Shown here piece by piece: positions 1 through 12,860 of a DNA stretch of 64,000 nt. The DNA comes from Callorhinchus milii (Eukaryota), in NCBI RefSeq assembly GCF_018977255.1, contig NW_024704743.1:56050001-56114000 (forward strand), given 5' to 3'. Below the pieces are notes generated by a model. That model was given only the letters and a program-made list of their open reading frames with translations, was not told the DNA's origin and made no database searches. Each line of letters begins with the position of its first letter. Positions within the stretch are counted from its first letter, which is position 1. The translations under genes were made by a program, and so were the position numbers.

Positions 1-57
1 TGAGACGTCTAGAAGACGTAAAAAGCACGATATCAAATGCAAGGATTATTATTATTA
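1..57 (+). mobile_element. 3' tail of tRNA-derived SINE (L2-type tail)
   Basis: gacgtaaaaagcacgatatcaaatgcaaggattattattattat matches the tails of full-length SINEs in this window. Confidence 0.85.
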
Positions 58-670
58 TAAAGGAATTCGATAGGGTAGATAAGGAGAAGTTATTTTCTCT
101 GGTGGGAGAATCCAAAACAAAGGGGCATAGTTTTAAAATTAAAACCAGGCCATTTAAGAGTGAAATCAGGAAACATTTTTTCACTCAAGGGTGGTAGAAA
201 TCTGGAATTCTCTCCCCCAAAAGGCCGTCCACACCTTCAAGAGTCAGGTTGATAGATTGTTGGAAGGTCAGGGTATTAAGGGATATGGGGAGAAAGCGGG
301 AAATTGGAATTGAAAGGATTAATTGAGGTACAGATCAGGCATGATGTAATTAAATGGCGGAACATGCTCGAAGGGCTGAATAGCCTACTCCTGTTCCTAA
401 AAGGGTCAATGCGATCTGCCATATCAAAAAGATATAACCAGAGGTACAGAAGAAATGCAAAGATCTGGAAAGGATAGCCAAGGTACAGTTTTAACACAGG
501 ACAGAGAAGGAATAAGGAGTAAAGGGAGAGGGAGGAAGTTTAAGAGATTAGCTCTGTAGAACATGAGGTGGAAGAGAATAGAGGGGTATGAGAGAGGAGG
601 TTTGGATGGGTGAAAGCTCATGTGAAGTATGAACACCAACACAGATTATTTAGGCTAATGGCTGGTTTGA
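58..670 (+). mobile_element. Two adjacent degraded CR1 LINE 3' fragments
   Basis: ORF2 C-terminal-like 'tccaaaacaaggggcatagttttaaaatt' and 3' UTR 'gaagggctgaatagcctactcctgttccta' ending at ~398, similar to 39200-39485; a second, older CR1-like end spans ~399-670. Confidence 0.75.
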
Positions 671-686
671 GAACAAAAAGATGGCT

Positions 687-1600
687 GGCACATCCCAAGG
701 TGTTGTGTAAAGGTCCTTCCACCACGCTGTAGGCAGATGTCCATCAAATAACTGTTGAGGGTATTTCGAGGCTTGAGGCAACAGATGCTTGAAGGTATGA
801 CCTGGAGTCTGAGATTGTGAACACACATTTGTACATCCAGCACTTGAGATCCACCTTGACTGACCTCCAGAGAGGTAAACAGCTGCTGTTTAAATTCCAC
901 ATTTCTAATTGGTGGAACCTTTGCTCAATGGGAAGGGACATGTGGCTGAGCTGCGGACAGGAAGATGGTGGTAATCCTCTTACACATTTCATGCTGAGCT
1001 CGGAAGGAGTTCCTGATACCCGCCATCCACCTAGTGAGGGCACAAACCCACACTTGTCAGATGTCAAATGAACAACTAGTAATTAGTCTACTGGGGGGAG
1101 GGGTAAGGCAAGCGGGGTCTTGTTGAAGCAGAACTGGCTCCAAGGTGACAGATTTGGCAAAGGAATGTCGGAATCAAGCCAACCCTCTGTGGCCATCTTG
1201 GTAAGCCAGCTCCTGAGCCAGGTCAGACAGGTCCATAGTACTCTAAGGCACTGCTGATGACAGTACAGCCAGGCCAGTCACTGGGGAAAGGGACTCTTCC
1301 TACTCAGCTCCTGTTAACCCTGCAAGCCAAAGCCAAACAGTTAGGATGGTCCTAGCTAGACAAGCAGTGGGAAAGCTTGACAGGCAGTGCTCTCGATGAC
1401 AAGCTTTTAGCTGGTTAGATTCCAGCAGTACCCCAATGCACACTCTTTGGTCCACAAGCCTTGGCTCTTGCCAACCTGCACTTATATTTTCTGAAATTTG
1501 GTAACGAGTGTGCATTTCATAAACATCTCTGGAATTTCCATATGGAAGTAAGATACATTGAACTCTCAGTTTGGTTTGGATTACCAAAAAATAATGGGCT
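687..1600. repeat. Unclassified old dispersed repeat ('family X'), left part inverted relative to right part
   Basis: Similar to 18975-19560, 28273-28570, 42190-42410 and 20160-20460; shared words include gaactggctccaaggtga, tcctgagccagg, gttaaccct.caagccaaagcc and ctcagtttggtttggat. Confidence 0.7.
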
Positions 1601-2041
1601 GTTTTGATGCTGTAACAGTCTGGGAAATACTACATTTTTCCTCCAAAATTCCATTACTTTCAAAATATTACCTTTGAATCCAGCAAGGAATTTTGGGCCA
1701 AGAAAGCCTAATAGAAAGATTCAGATCTGCGTTACCAACACCACATGGTCAGGATGTTCCACACAGTTAGTGTTTGTGCTGTCTGATTATGACATAATCA
1801 ATTGCATAGTTACTAAATGATAAACAGTTTTGAAAATAACATCATGTCTTCAGGATGCTTAAAATTGGCAATATCATGGCACTTAGATTATGTGTGAATA
1901 TAATCAGGCTGAGAGGACAAATGAGACCATGGTAAGTACTGACACTCCATGCTTTTCTTATTGCATTGAATGAGCCAATATTCTCCAAGACTCGGCTCAC
2001 TGGCAACAATACCACAGGCACAGATAGCCCTTCATTATCTT

Positions 2042-3625
2042 ACCATAAGACCATAACACCATAAGACGTAGGAGCAGGAGTAGGTCATTCGGCCCCTCGA
2101 GCCTGCCCTGCCATTTAATAAGATCATGGCTGATCTTCTAACCTAATTCTATTTATCCGCCCTATCCCCATATCCCTTAATCCCTCTATCCTTTAGAAAT
2201 CTATCAACCTCAGTCTTGAATATGTTCAAGTACTGAGCATCCACAGCCTTCAGGGGTAGAGAATTCCACAAAGTCACTACTCTCTAAGTGAAGAAATGTT
2301 TCCTCAACTCAGTTCGAAAAGGCTGACCCTTAATTTTGAGACTATGACCCCTAGCTTTAGATTCTCCAACCAGGGGAAACAGTCTCACAGCATTACCCTG
2401 TCATAGGTTTCTGTAAGATCACCTCTAATTCTTCTATATTCTAGAGACTATAGGCCTAGTTTACTCAACCTCTCCTCATAGGTCAACCCTCTCATCCCAG
2501 AAACCAACTTAGTGAATCTACGCTGCATCCCCTCTAAGGGGAGTATGTCCTTTCTTAAATAAGGAGACCAAAACTACACACAATATTCCAAGTGTGGTCT
2601 CACCAAAGGCCTTATACAACTGTAGCAAGACTTCCCTACTCTTGTACTCTAACCTTTTGCAACAATGCCAACATGGCATTAGCCTTCCTGGTTGCTTGTT
2701 GTACTTGCATGCTAACTTTTTATGACTGGTGTACAAGGAAATCCCCCAAACCCTTTGAACACTAACACCACCTAGCCTCTCTCCCTCTAGAAAATAATCC
2801 GCTTTTCTATTTTTACTACCCAGATGAATAACTTCACACTTCCCCATGTTATACTCCATCTGCTACCTTCTTACCCACTCACCTAGCCTGTCTATTTCTC
2901 TTTGCATTCTTTGTGTCATCCTCACAGATTACTCTCCCATCTATCTTCATATCATCCTCAAATTTAGATATGTTAAGTTCTATTTCCTCATCTAAATCAT
3001 TGATATAGACTGTAAATAATTGAGGTCCAAGCACTGATTCTTGTGGCACTCCACTATCCCATCCTGCCAATCTGAGAAGGACCCGTTTATCCCTACTCTC
3101 TGTTTTCTTCCTGTTAGCCACTCTCCAATCCATGCTAATATATTACCTTTAATTCCATGGGCTCTAATCTTATGCAACAGCCTTTTATGTGGCACCTTGT
3201 CAAATGCCTTCTGGAAATTCAAATACACCCCATCTACTGGTTCCCCCCTATGTAACTTGCTAGTTACATCCTCAAAAAAGTCTAAAAGATTTGTTAAACA
3301 TGTTTTCCTTTTCGTAAAGCCATGTTGATGCTGCCTAATCATGCTATGATTTTCTAAGTACCCCACGACGATGTCCCTAATTAAGGATTCTAGAATTTTC
3401 CCTACCAACGATGTCTGACTAACTGGACTATAGTTCCTCATTTTTTGTCTCCCACCCTTCTTAAATATCGGAGTTACATTTGCGACCTTCCAATTAATGG
3501 GAACCATTCCAGAATCCAGGAAATTTTGGAAGATCAAAAACAATGCATCCACTATGTCTGCAGCCACGTCTTTAAAACTCTAGGATGCAGGGCATCAGGT
3601 CCAGGGGATTTATAAGTTTTTAATC
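2042..3625 (-). mobile_element. 5'-truncated, frameshifted CR1 LINE (ORF2 RT to 3' end)
   Basis: Motifs WKVANVTPIFKKG, QHGF, CLTNLLDFFE, FQKAFDKVPHKRL, SGVPQESVLGP, KCEVIHLG in ORFs 2992-3567, 2879-3133 and 2518-2859; tandem CCATAAGA-like terminal repeats at ~2043-2066. Confidence 0.95.
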
Positions 3626-5453
3626 CTAGTAGTAGCTACTTACTCAAGTATTGATTACTTATCTAAATCTAACTTTTTGTTGGTCTCAATATTGCTAGTT
3701 ACAATAAAGATATTGATCCTGTATATCTAATGGAGCAATCTCACTTACTCTGTGGGATAAACCTGCTTCTTAATAGCATCCATTTGCTTTCTCTCACTGG
3801 ACAGCAGAGAAGAGAGATCAATGCTGCTTCCCAGCTCTGGTCATATTAGTCATCAATGCAGGCCCAGAAATGCGTAGATCAGCAAAAAGCAACAGGCGAA
3901 GGGAAGGTGGGTTGTAAGAGATGTTAAAATTCAATCTGATATAAAGATTCTCAACCCACAACACTGGTGTATTAGTTAATTCCTTTATTCTCAAGTGAAA
4001 ACAATCCAATAATCCAACCACCCCCCCCCACACACCCCACCCACACTGCCCCCCACAGCAGGTTTCCCACTGCTTGTCCAGCTAGGAGCATGCCACCCAT
4101 TAACAATTTGGCTTGTAAGTTAATGGGATCTCAGTAGGAAGAGTCCCTGTCCCCAGTGACTAGTGTGACCTTCCAAATCTTGCCAATAGGTCAGCCTGGC
4201 TGGGCTGTCATCAACAATGCCCTAAGAATACTGCAGACAAACCTGGCTCAGGAACTGGATGACCGAGACCTTCACAGATGTTTGGCTCAATTCTGGCATT
4301 CCTTGGCCAAATATGTCATCTTGGAGCCAGTTCAGCTCTAAGGAGACCCCACGTACCTCCCCCCTCCCCAGGAGAAAAATAATTTTGTAACTTAGTAACT
4401 TTGGAAATTGAAAACATTTTACTTGGAAAAAGTTGGATAAAGGGTACGGCAGGTTAAAGAAGATGTTGTAGACATTATTGGATGAAACTAGGTACAGTTT
4501 TTTGGAATAGCAATACAGTGCAATTCAATAGCTGGAGGTACTAGTCTTCAAATCCAATGATTTCAAATTGTCCTCTACTGCTCTCAGCTTCTGGTCCTTG
4601 AAAAGCAAACTCAGCAATTCCTCGCTTTCTGGGTGCTCTATAGCCAATGGAATATGGAGCAGGTTCAGTCTTTGCTCCAGCCAGCAGGTTCTCGACCTCA
4701 AAGCCCTTTTCAGAGTTACAGGAAAGTTTTTTTTTACAGTATCTTAATTGATCAGATATCTGGTATAATATAGCATTTAAATCTACTCTGTTTGAAACCA
4801 TTCTATATATTTCTTTCTTTTCTTGGACCTATAAAGGTTAGAATTTTCACTGCAGTAGTTGTCAAACACCAAACTTTTCTTTTTCAAAAAAAACTTTTAA
4901 GGGCAGGATAGGGTGGATGATTTGCCTACAAACTACATTTCACAGTATATCCTGTGAAGTGCTTTGAGACATCCTCCTGATGTGAAAGGCGCTATATCTA
5001 ATGTGAGGATTATTTTCATTATATCATCGCCATGCCCAATAATCTCATTGATAATTTATTTGTGGGACTTTGGACATCTGTTTACGAACTACTACATTCA
5101 AAATGTTACTCCAACACAAGTTAAGAAAAAAAAACTTAATTGCTTTATTTGATTAGAATTTCCTGCAAAGAATGGAACAGGTGCCTGTTTAATCACATTG
5201 AACATACGCCCTCTGATGGCTGTTCAGAAATGTGATCAGGATTCTGTGTTTTTCTCTCTCCCCCTCCCACATTCAAGCACTGCTTTGTCAGTAGGGACCA
5301 AGCTTCATTCATTGCGAGGTGCAAAGGAATCAAAGGTAAGTGGAGCATTATAAGATGTTTTTGAAGTGTGCTACATTCAATTGCAAATAAGGAAATTCTA
5401 AAAACATTTGTTCGCAAAACATCCTAAAAATATCTTGCTCTGCAATTGGTTAT

Positions 5454-5762
5454 TAATAATAATAATCCTTGCATTTGATATAGCGCTTTTCACGTCGGGA
5501 GGATGTCCCAAAGCGCTTCACAGAACACACTGTACAGTGAATTGACTATATCTGTGGGTGAACGCGGCAGCCAATTGCGCACAGCAATGTCCCACAAACA
5601 GTCGTAGATTGAAAATGACCAATTTATTATTGTTTTTGGTTTTGGAGGGATTATTACTATTAAACTTGCCCAAGGTTTTGCCCTGCCTGGAATTGAACTC
5701 ACGTCTCTCAATTGCAAAGCGAGTGCTCTAACCACTGAGCTACAGGACTCCACAGGACTCCA
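5454..5762 (-). mobile_element. tRNA-Ala-derived SINE with Deu-like core and L2-type tail
   Basis: Head TAGCTCAGTGG (A box) and GAGTTCAATTCC (B box); core tgctgtgcgcaattggctgccgcgtt; tail gacgtgaaaagcgctatatcaaatgcaagg(att)n. Confidence 0.92.
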
Positions 5763-5764
5763 TT

Positions 5765-5858
5765 ACAACAACAACTTGCATTGATATAGCGCCATCTACG
5801 CCGGGTGGAGTCCCAGAGAATTTAACAATGATAGAGCCCAATGCCGAGCCTGGAGAAG
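5765..5858 (-). mobile_element. 3' terminus of an older L2 that continues at 8361
   Basis: (CAA)n followed by cttgcattgatatagcgcc; same terminus type as 60906-61030. Confidence 0.6.
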
Positions 5859-8363
5859 GCTCCCTCCCTCGTCTCCCTCCACATCAACTCCACCACACAC
5901 AGTCACGGCCACCCACTCGATTTGGTGATCACCCGGGGCCTCAGTGTCTCGGATGTCACCATTACCGACAAGGCCGTCTCCAATCACCACTTCATCTCCT
6001 TCACCACCTCCACCCCCCTCCCCACCTCCACTAGACCCACCACCATCTTCTACCGCCCCTGGAAGAAGTTACCCCCACAATCGCTAACTGCTGCCTTGGA
6101 GTTCTCTGAACTCCTCTCCCTCTGGCCTTCAACCCTCACTGACCCGTCTTCTCCTCTCACCCTCCTCCACAACACCCTCTCCTCCACACTTGACACTCTT
6201 GCCCCCATCACCTCCCATACTGTCTCCTACACTCGCTCCTCCCCCTGGTTCACCACCCACCTCCGCTCACTGAAGAGCCAGGTGCGGGCCGCTGAACGCA
6301 CCTGCCTCAAATCTGGCCTAACGGTCCACCGACAAATCTGGCTGGACCTCCTCAAAATCTACCGCTCCACTCTAGCCTCGGCCAAATCGTCCTTCTACTC
6401 CAGGATAATCCTAGAGGCGAAGAACAACCCCAGGCTTCTGTTCTCTACCACATCCCAACTCCTCCGTCCCCCCCGCCACCCCGCGCAGGTCATCTCCTCC
6501 AACCTTCACTGTGAGGAAATGCTGGATTTCCTTGAATCCAAAATCAAGGGAATCCGCTCCACAGTCACTCCCCCTCCAAATTCCACCCACCCACCCCTTC
6601 CCTCCCACACTCCGACTCCTACCCATCCTCCCCTACACACCTTCGAACCCATTTTCCCTACCCTCTGTCACCAAACTCATCCTGTCCCTGAAACCCACCA
6701 CCTGCTCGCTTGACCCCATTCCCACTCCACTCCTTATCTCTCAGCTCCACCTCCTTGCCCCACATATCACAGACATCATCAACCTGTCCCTCTCCTCTGG
6801 CTCTGTTCCCATTCCTCTAAAAACTGCCACCATCACTTCCACTTTGAAAAAACCCTCCCTTGATGCGTCGCAGCTATCAAGCTACCGGCCCATCTCCAAC
6901 CTCCCCTTCCTGTCCAAGGTCCTTGAAAGAGTTGTCGCCTCCCAGCTGCGCTCTTTCCTCTCCACCCATTCATTATTCGAACCCCTTCAGTCGGGTTTCC
7001 GTGCTGCCCATAAAACAGAAACTGCCCTGGTCAAGGTCACCAATGACATCCTGACCATCTGCGACCATGGCTCCCTCTGACTCCTCGTCCTCCTCGACCT
7101 ATCAGCAGCATTCGATACGGTCGACCATGCTATCCTCCTCCACCACTTCTTCTCCCACCTCAACCTTCAAGGTCCTGTCCTTGAGTGGTTTAGGTCGTAC
7201 CTCTCCCACCATCTTCACTTTGTTTCCACGAATGGCTTTTCCTCCAGCCCCGGCACTGTCTCGTGGGGTGTCCCTCAGAGCTCTGTCCTCGGTCCCCTCC
7301 TCTTCACCCTCTATATGCTCCCCCTTGGTGACATCATCCGCAGACATGGGGTTAACTTCCACATGTATGCAGATGACACCCAACTCTACCTTTCCTCCTC
7401 TACCCTCAACACGACCACCGATGTCCTGACAGCCTGTCTGTCTGACATTCAGTCCTGGACGAGAGACAACTTTCTTCAGCTTAACGTGCGTAAAACGGAG
7501 GCCCTCCTGATTGGCTCACGTCAGTGCCTCCGCACCTCAGGCGCTGACAGCATCAGCATCCAAGGCTGCACTCTCCACCTCTCAAAGCCGGTCAGGAACC
7601 TCGGTGTTCTGTTCGACCCTGAGCTGTCCTTTCTTCCTCATATCCGCGCCACAACTGGCACCGCCTTCCATCACCTCCGGAACATCGCCAGACTACGGCA
7701 CTACCTCACCCCTCACGCTGCTGAAACTCTGGTCCACGCCTTTATCACCTTAAGGCTGGACTATGGGAACTCTCTCCTCGCCGGCCGTCCCGGCACCTCT
7801 CTCCACAAGCTGCAGGTCATTCAAAACTCTTGCAGCTCGTGTACTGTCCCGCACCAGGGTTCGTGACCACATCACTCCCACCTTCACTCGCCTCCACTGG
7901 CTCCCCATCCCCAAGAGGATCGAATTCAAGATCCTCATCCTCACCTACAAGGCCATTCACCCCCTCGCTCCCTCCTACCTCTGTGACCTACTATCCCCCT
8001 ACCTACCTGCCCATACCCTCCGTTCCTCTGGCTCCGGTCTGCTCCACATCCCCCGCCCCAACTGCCCTACCATCGGTGGCCGGGCCTTCAGTCTCTCAGC
8101 CCCAAGGCTCTGGAACTCTATCCCCCAGTGCCTTCGCCGCCTCCTCTCTTTCCTCCTTCAAGGCCGTTCTCAAGACCTTTCTCTTTGAACGTGCCTTCAG
8201 CTTGCCTCTCAACTCTCTACCCCCTCCTCGCTCCCTCCCTTCCTTCCCCTCACCCTGACCATTTACCCCCTGCTCGGGTCCTGACGCAACTGTACAGCGC
8301 CTTGGGACGTCCTCTCGACGTGAAAGGCGCTCTATAAATGGAATCTTGTTGTTGTTGTTGTTG
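5859..8363 (+). mobile_element. Young 5'-truncated L2 LINE (~2.5 kb); disrupted ORF2 from the end of the endonuclease through RT
   Basis: [56 protein letters not shown]; frameshift near 6655 and in-frame TGA at 7078-7080; tail (TTG)6 at 8346-8363. Confidence 0.97.
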
Positions 8364-9730
8364 AAGAGAAAGGTCTTCAGGTGCAATCTGAAAATGGGGA
8401 AAGAGGGGGCAAGGTGAAGGGATTGAGGGAGAGATTTCCATAGCTTCAGGGTGTAGTGGCTGAAGGCACGGCTGATGAGGATGGAACAGAGAATTCGAGG
8501 GACAAGGAGGAGGCCGGAGCTAGTAGAGTGGAGGCAGCAGGTAGTGCTGTAAGGAGAGAGAAGCTTGGAGAGATAAGGGGTTACAAAGGTGTGGAGGTAT
8601 TTAAACACTAGAGTGAGGATCTTGAAGTCAATCTGCTCTGTAATAAGGAGCCAGTGGAGTTTGGCAAGGCCAGGGGTAATTGATGTGCGGAGTTTAGTGC
8701 GGGTGAGAATGCAGGGTGCGGAGTTTTGGATGAGTTGAATTTTGTGAATAGTGGAGGAGGGAGGGGAGACCAGCAAGGAAGGAGTTTGAGCAGTCCAGGT
8801 GAGTAGACGACTGGTGACGAAAGCGTGGCCAAGTATTTTTGCAGCTTGTGGAGTGAGGTATTGTCGGAGATGGCAATGTAGGAGAGGTGGAGGAAAGCAT
8901 TCCTGGTCTGGAACTGGATGTGGGGGAGGAAGGACAACTGGGATCGAACCTAACACTTAAGTTGTGCACGGGTTCAGAGAGAGTCTTGTTGATGTTTAAT
9001 TGTAAGAAGTTTGCGCTCATCCAGGCCTGGGGTCACAGCTGGAGGAGGAGAAGTAAAGTTGAGTTTCATCCGCATATTTGTGGAAGTTAACCTAGTCTGT
9101 GGATGACTATGAAAGGGAGCATATAAATGAGGAAGAGAAGGCGGCCAAGAATGGAGCCTTGGGGTAGCCCGCAAGTGACCAGGCAGAAGTGAGAAGAAAA
9201 ATCATTTGCGGAAATGTAGGTCTGTAAGGTAGGACTCAAACCAAGTGAGCGGGGTGTGGGTGAAGGAAACAGAATGAAGGGGTGGTAGGCGACATGGAGC
9301 AGGAGAATGAGGCTGCCAGGCGGATGTTTTCTATTTTAGAGGTAAGGAACTCCATGACCTCTTCATACTTGCCGTTTGATGTAATGATTGAGAGTACTTG
9401 AGGGGGTGCACAGAGGAAGTGCTGGGTGGTGGAGAATAGGATTTTGGAGTTATTTTTGTCCTCCAGTATGATCTTTGAGTAATACTTTTGTAAGGTATTG
9501 TGGAAGGTGGAGGAGAGGCGATCATGGAGCAGCTTGAAGGCTGCATCAGGGTCGCTGCATGTGGAAGGCCAGAGGGAGAGGAGGTCTGAGATTGAGAGGG
9601 CATCTGTAGGGTCTCAGGGGAAACCTTTTCCATGGGCGGGAAAGAATAGTAGAGAGGCTGATGGAGGGGAGAGGGATACGAAAGGAGAGGGAGATGAAGA
9701 AATGGTCTGAGATGGCCTTGTTCATGTTTA
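8361..9730 (-). mobile_element. Older degraded L2 LINE
   Basis: Minus-strand ORFs contain NFLQLNINKT, LAKLHWL, RAFSHY, KAISDHFFIS. Confidence 0.88.
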
Positions 9731-11214
9731 TAGAAGTACAGCCATAAGGATACATATTGGTATTGCACTTAATGTTGTTAATATTGATATATATTGATAT
9801 CACACTTAATGCAGGATTACTGTCAGTTTCACAATCTTGATTGTAAAAGTCAAAGTCTGTAACTGATCAATTTAAATAATTGTCAACTTACTGGATGAAG
9901 ATCTCCAGCACAAGATAGCTTATAGCAGTTTCCATTCCAGAAATTGTCAGAAAATCTACCATGAGGGATCTGGCTGTCTTATGACTTACTTGCTCAGGGA
10001 ATATTCTTACAAATGTTGTTAACTGTTTTATCTAAGGCTGGTGTCATTTATATCTTTGTAATCTATAATATATGTTTTGTGTTCTGCAGCGACTGTTAGA
10101 GGGAATTACTGTCAGCAACAATGTCATCACAGTTATATTCCCTATGCTGTGAGGCAACAATACACTGTACTTGCACTGCAATATAAAGGTAAAACATACA
10201 GTAAACGGGACACTTCCAGGAGCAGAATGTCTTACGTTGTGACAATCACCAGGTTTCATTCACATGGTTTCACTGTTGCACCCAGTGAGGTGTCTGGCAG
10301 TGCCTTTGACCCTTTAAAAGTCAAACTGAACTGGTATTCCCAAACTGGCCCTGAAACGTTGGCATCTGTTTGGTGGCAGCTGCTGGTTGCAGTAACCGGC
10401 TTTGAACAAGACCATATCAAAGTTGGGGCGGGGGGCGAAAAGAAGTGTTTACCCGTGGTGATGATCTGTAACACCCCAGAAGTTGTATGTCCCACAATGT
10501 GATAATTATGAGTCTTGTCACACAATGAGCCTTTCACATCATAAGGAATGCTCCAATAACCATCCCACGAGCAGGTTTGACAGATACATCCTGGTCCACA
10601 TTATCAGTGGCATTTTAAATTGCTGCAAAGAAGCTTTTAAGGGAAAACTAGATAGATATCTCTAATAGGAATATTCTACAGGGGTGTGGGAGAAAGTCAA
10701 GTAAATGACCTGACAGGATTGCTCTTTCAAAGAGCCAGCACAAACAATGAGCCAGACAATGCTATTCATTTCTATGGTTAAGTGTTCTTGAGATGTATTT
10801 TAGTTTGCGAGTGTCTTCATTTGGAAGCCATTTAAAAAAACATACCTTACAGTTTATATAGTACCTTTCACTTTGTGGGGATGCCTCCAAGTCTTTCACG
10901 CAGTAAGCTGGGAGGGGGAAAAGCGTGATGGTGTTGAAAAGCTAAGTATGAAGGTCAGCTTTAAAAGTGGGTGAGGCAGAGACAGAAAGGCTTCAGTTCA
11001 CATTGAGTAAGTGGAAGGAGAATATACATCACCTAATAGGCAAACACCATTTGGCTACAGTTAAAGGAAACCTAGAAATTTGCTCAGTCTGGTCGAGGTG
11101 CCTATGTTTGGGTGGCCTAGAAGCCAATACATTGGGTTTAAATTCAATTCCATGTCCTTATTTAAATGCCTTTCTGAAACAGTTGTCAGTTAAAGTTCAA
11201 TGAACATTAACAAA

Positions 11215-11440
11215 ATAATAATCCTTACATTTGATATAGCACCTTATCATGTTTTCGAGACATCTCAAAGCTCTTCAAAGAATATACTATAAAGTGAATT
11301 GACTGTAAATTTTGTGGGTGAAACACAGCAACCAATTGCACATAGTGTCCAACAAACATTAATTGAATTGAAGAATTTATTATTATTTTGTTTTTGAAGA
11401 AATTATTACCCCCGGAAAAGTGATCTGCCAATTGACTAAC
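11215..11440 (-). mobile_element. SINE fragment (core and tail)
   Basis: aataatccttacatttgatatagcacc...cagcaaccaattgcacatag. Confidence 0.8.
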
Positions 11441-12616
11441 AAACTATAGTTCCTGCTTAAAATAAGTTAATTAACAGATTATCACTGAGCAAACTGTGGG
11501 AAGTAATGAACTCCAGTTACTCATGTCATTTACACTGTCTTCACAGCCACCATTTGCCACATGTTAATTTAAATCATGTATTTGCAACTTGCAAGATTAA
11601 ACCGTGTTGTTAATGTAAAATAGAAACAAATTTGAGTACATGCATACTCACAGTCTCATTCCAATGAAAAATAATTTGGTTTATGGTTTAGAAAGGCGCT
11701 GTAAGTATTGGTCCTTATATAATTAATACATCTTCAGCTATTTGATAATTGCCTGGCTCCCCTGTGCTGTTATATAACCTTAAGCAACAACAACTTGCAT
11801 TTATATGGCATCCTTCACACAGAGTGGTATCTATAGTATACTAAATTGGACCACAGAGATGATGGATTCACTATGGAAAAAGTGAACCACAAAGATTATG
11901 GGAAGAAATTTCAGTGTTTCATATTAGATTTGAAGCAATAATCTGTTCTGAAATGACATTTTTGTATCCCTTACCAACAACTTACTTTCACTATTTTTTT
12001 ATTTCTGTTCACAAGGCAAGCAAAATTTGTTTAACTATGATTCATCACAATTTTTTCAGCCTAAGGTAAGAAATTTGCAGAAATGATCATGGAGTGTGCA
12101 TAACTCCATCTGTTCAGATCTGAATAATGAGTGAGCTCAACCGACTCAACTGACTCTTCTCAAATTCTATTTTGTTTTATTTTAGAACCATGCAAATAGC
12201 ATTAATTTCCAAAAGAAAATCTTTATTGTTCAGTTCACACAGTTATCTGGCATCATTTCTGTAATATAGATTATTCATACTTTATTTTCCAAAACAATAT
12301 TTAACAAGAAGGGTTTGAGAGCTGGATGCTGGATTCATTTAAAAAAAACAAGTTTATGTGTAACCCAGCCGGGGCAGTTGGCTGGGTAACGCAGTAGGAT
12401 GAGAACAAATGGGCCAAAGGTCCTTCTTAATCCATACCTGTCTTCTCCTGATGTGTGAACATGAATGTATTGTAACATTCTGAAAGTTTATAAGAAGCAG
12501 ACTGAATATGTATGATACACCATTCATCAGCATTTCGCCCACTGACATTATAAAAGGTTATTCAGTTCATCGTACCTGTGCTTGGTCTCTGAAAGTTATC
12601 TATTTATGGTTAGCAA

Positions 12617-12860
12617 TAAATAATAATAATTGCACTGTAATTTCGCTTTACAGAATATCCTATGAAGAACTTTAGGACGTCCTTGTGACATGAAAAGTGG
12701 GCTGACAAATGCTAGATTATTATTATTAATAACAATAATCATCATAGCATTTGTTGTAGCTTTTTCACGTCGAGAGGGCATCTCAAAGTGCTTTACAGGA
12801 TATATTGTAAAGTATAACGACAGTGTAATTTGTGGTCAAAAACAATAGCTAATTTGGTGC
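12617..12860. mobile_element. Two SINE tail fragments in opposite orientations
   Basis: + tail ending (tta)n at ~12728 followed by a minus-strand tail. Confidence 0.65.

Noticed and set aside
1854..1937. Possible + exon ending at ATG|GTAAGT
   Set aside because: Weak acceptors, unrecognised peptide; the 78-nt form is frame-incompatible with the next candidate
5841..8258. Long ORFs as a functional RT gene, retron or novel system
   Set aside because: Ordinary L2 ORF2, 5'-truncated, with frameshifts and a TGA at 7078-7080; the alternative-frame Ser/Pro-rich ORFs are composition artefacts
8096..8956. 286-aa minus-strand ORF
   Set aside because: Chimera of an old L2 C-terminus reading into the antisense tail of the young L2
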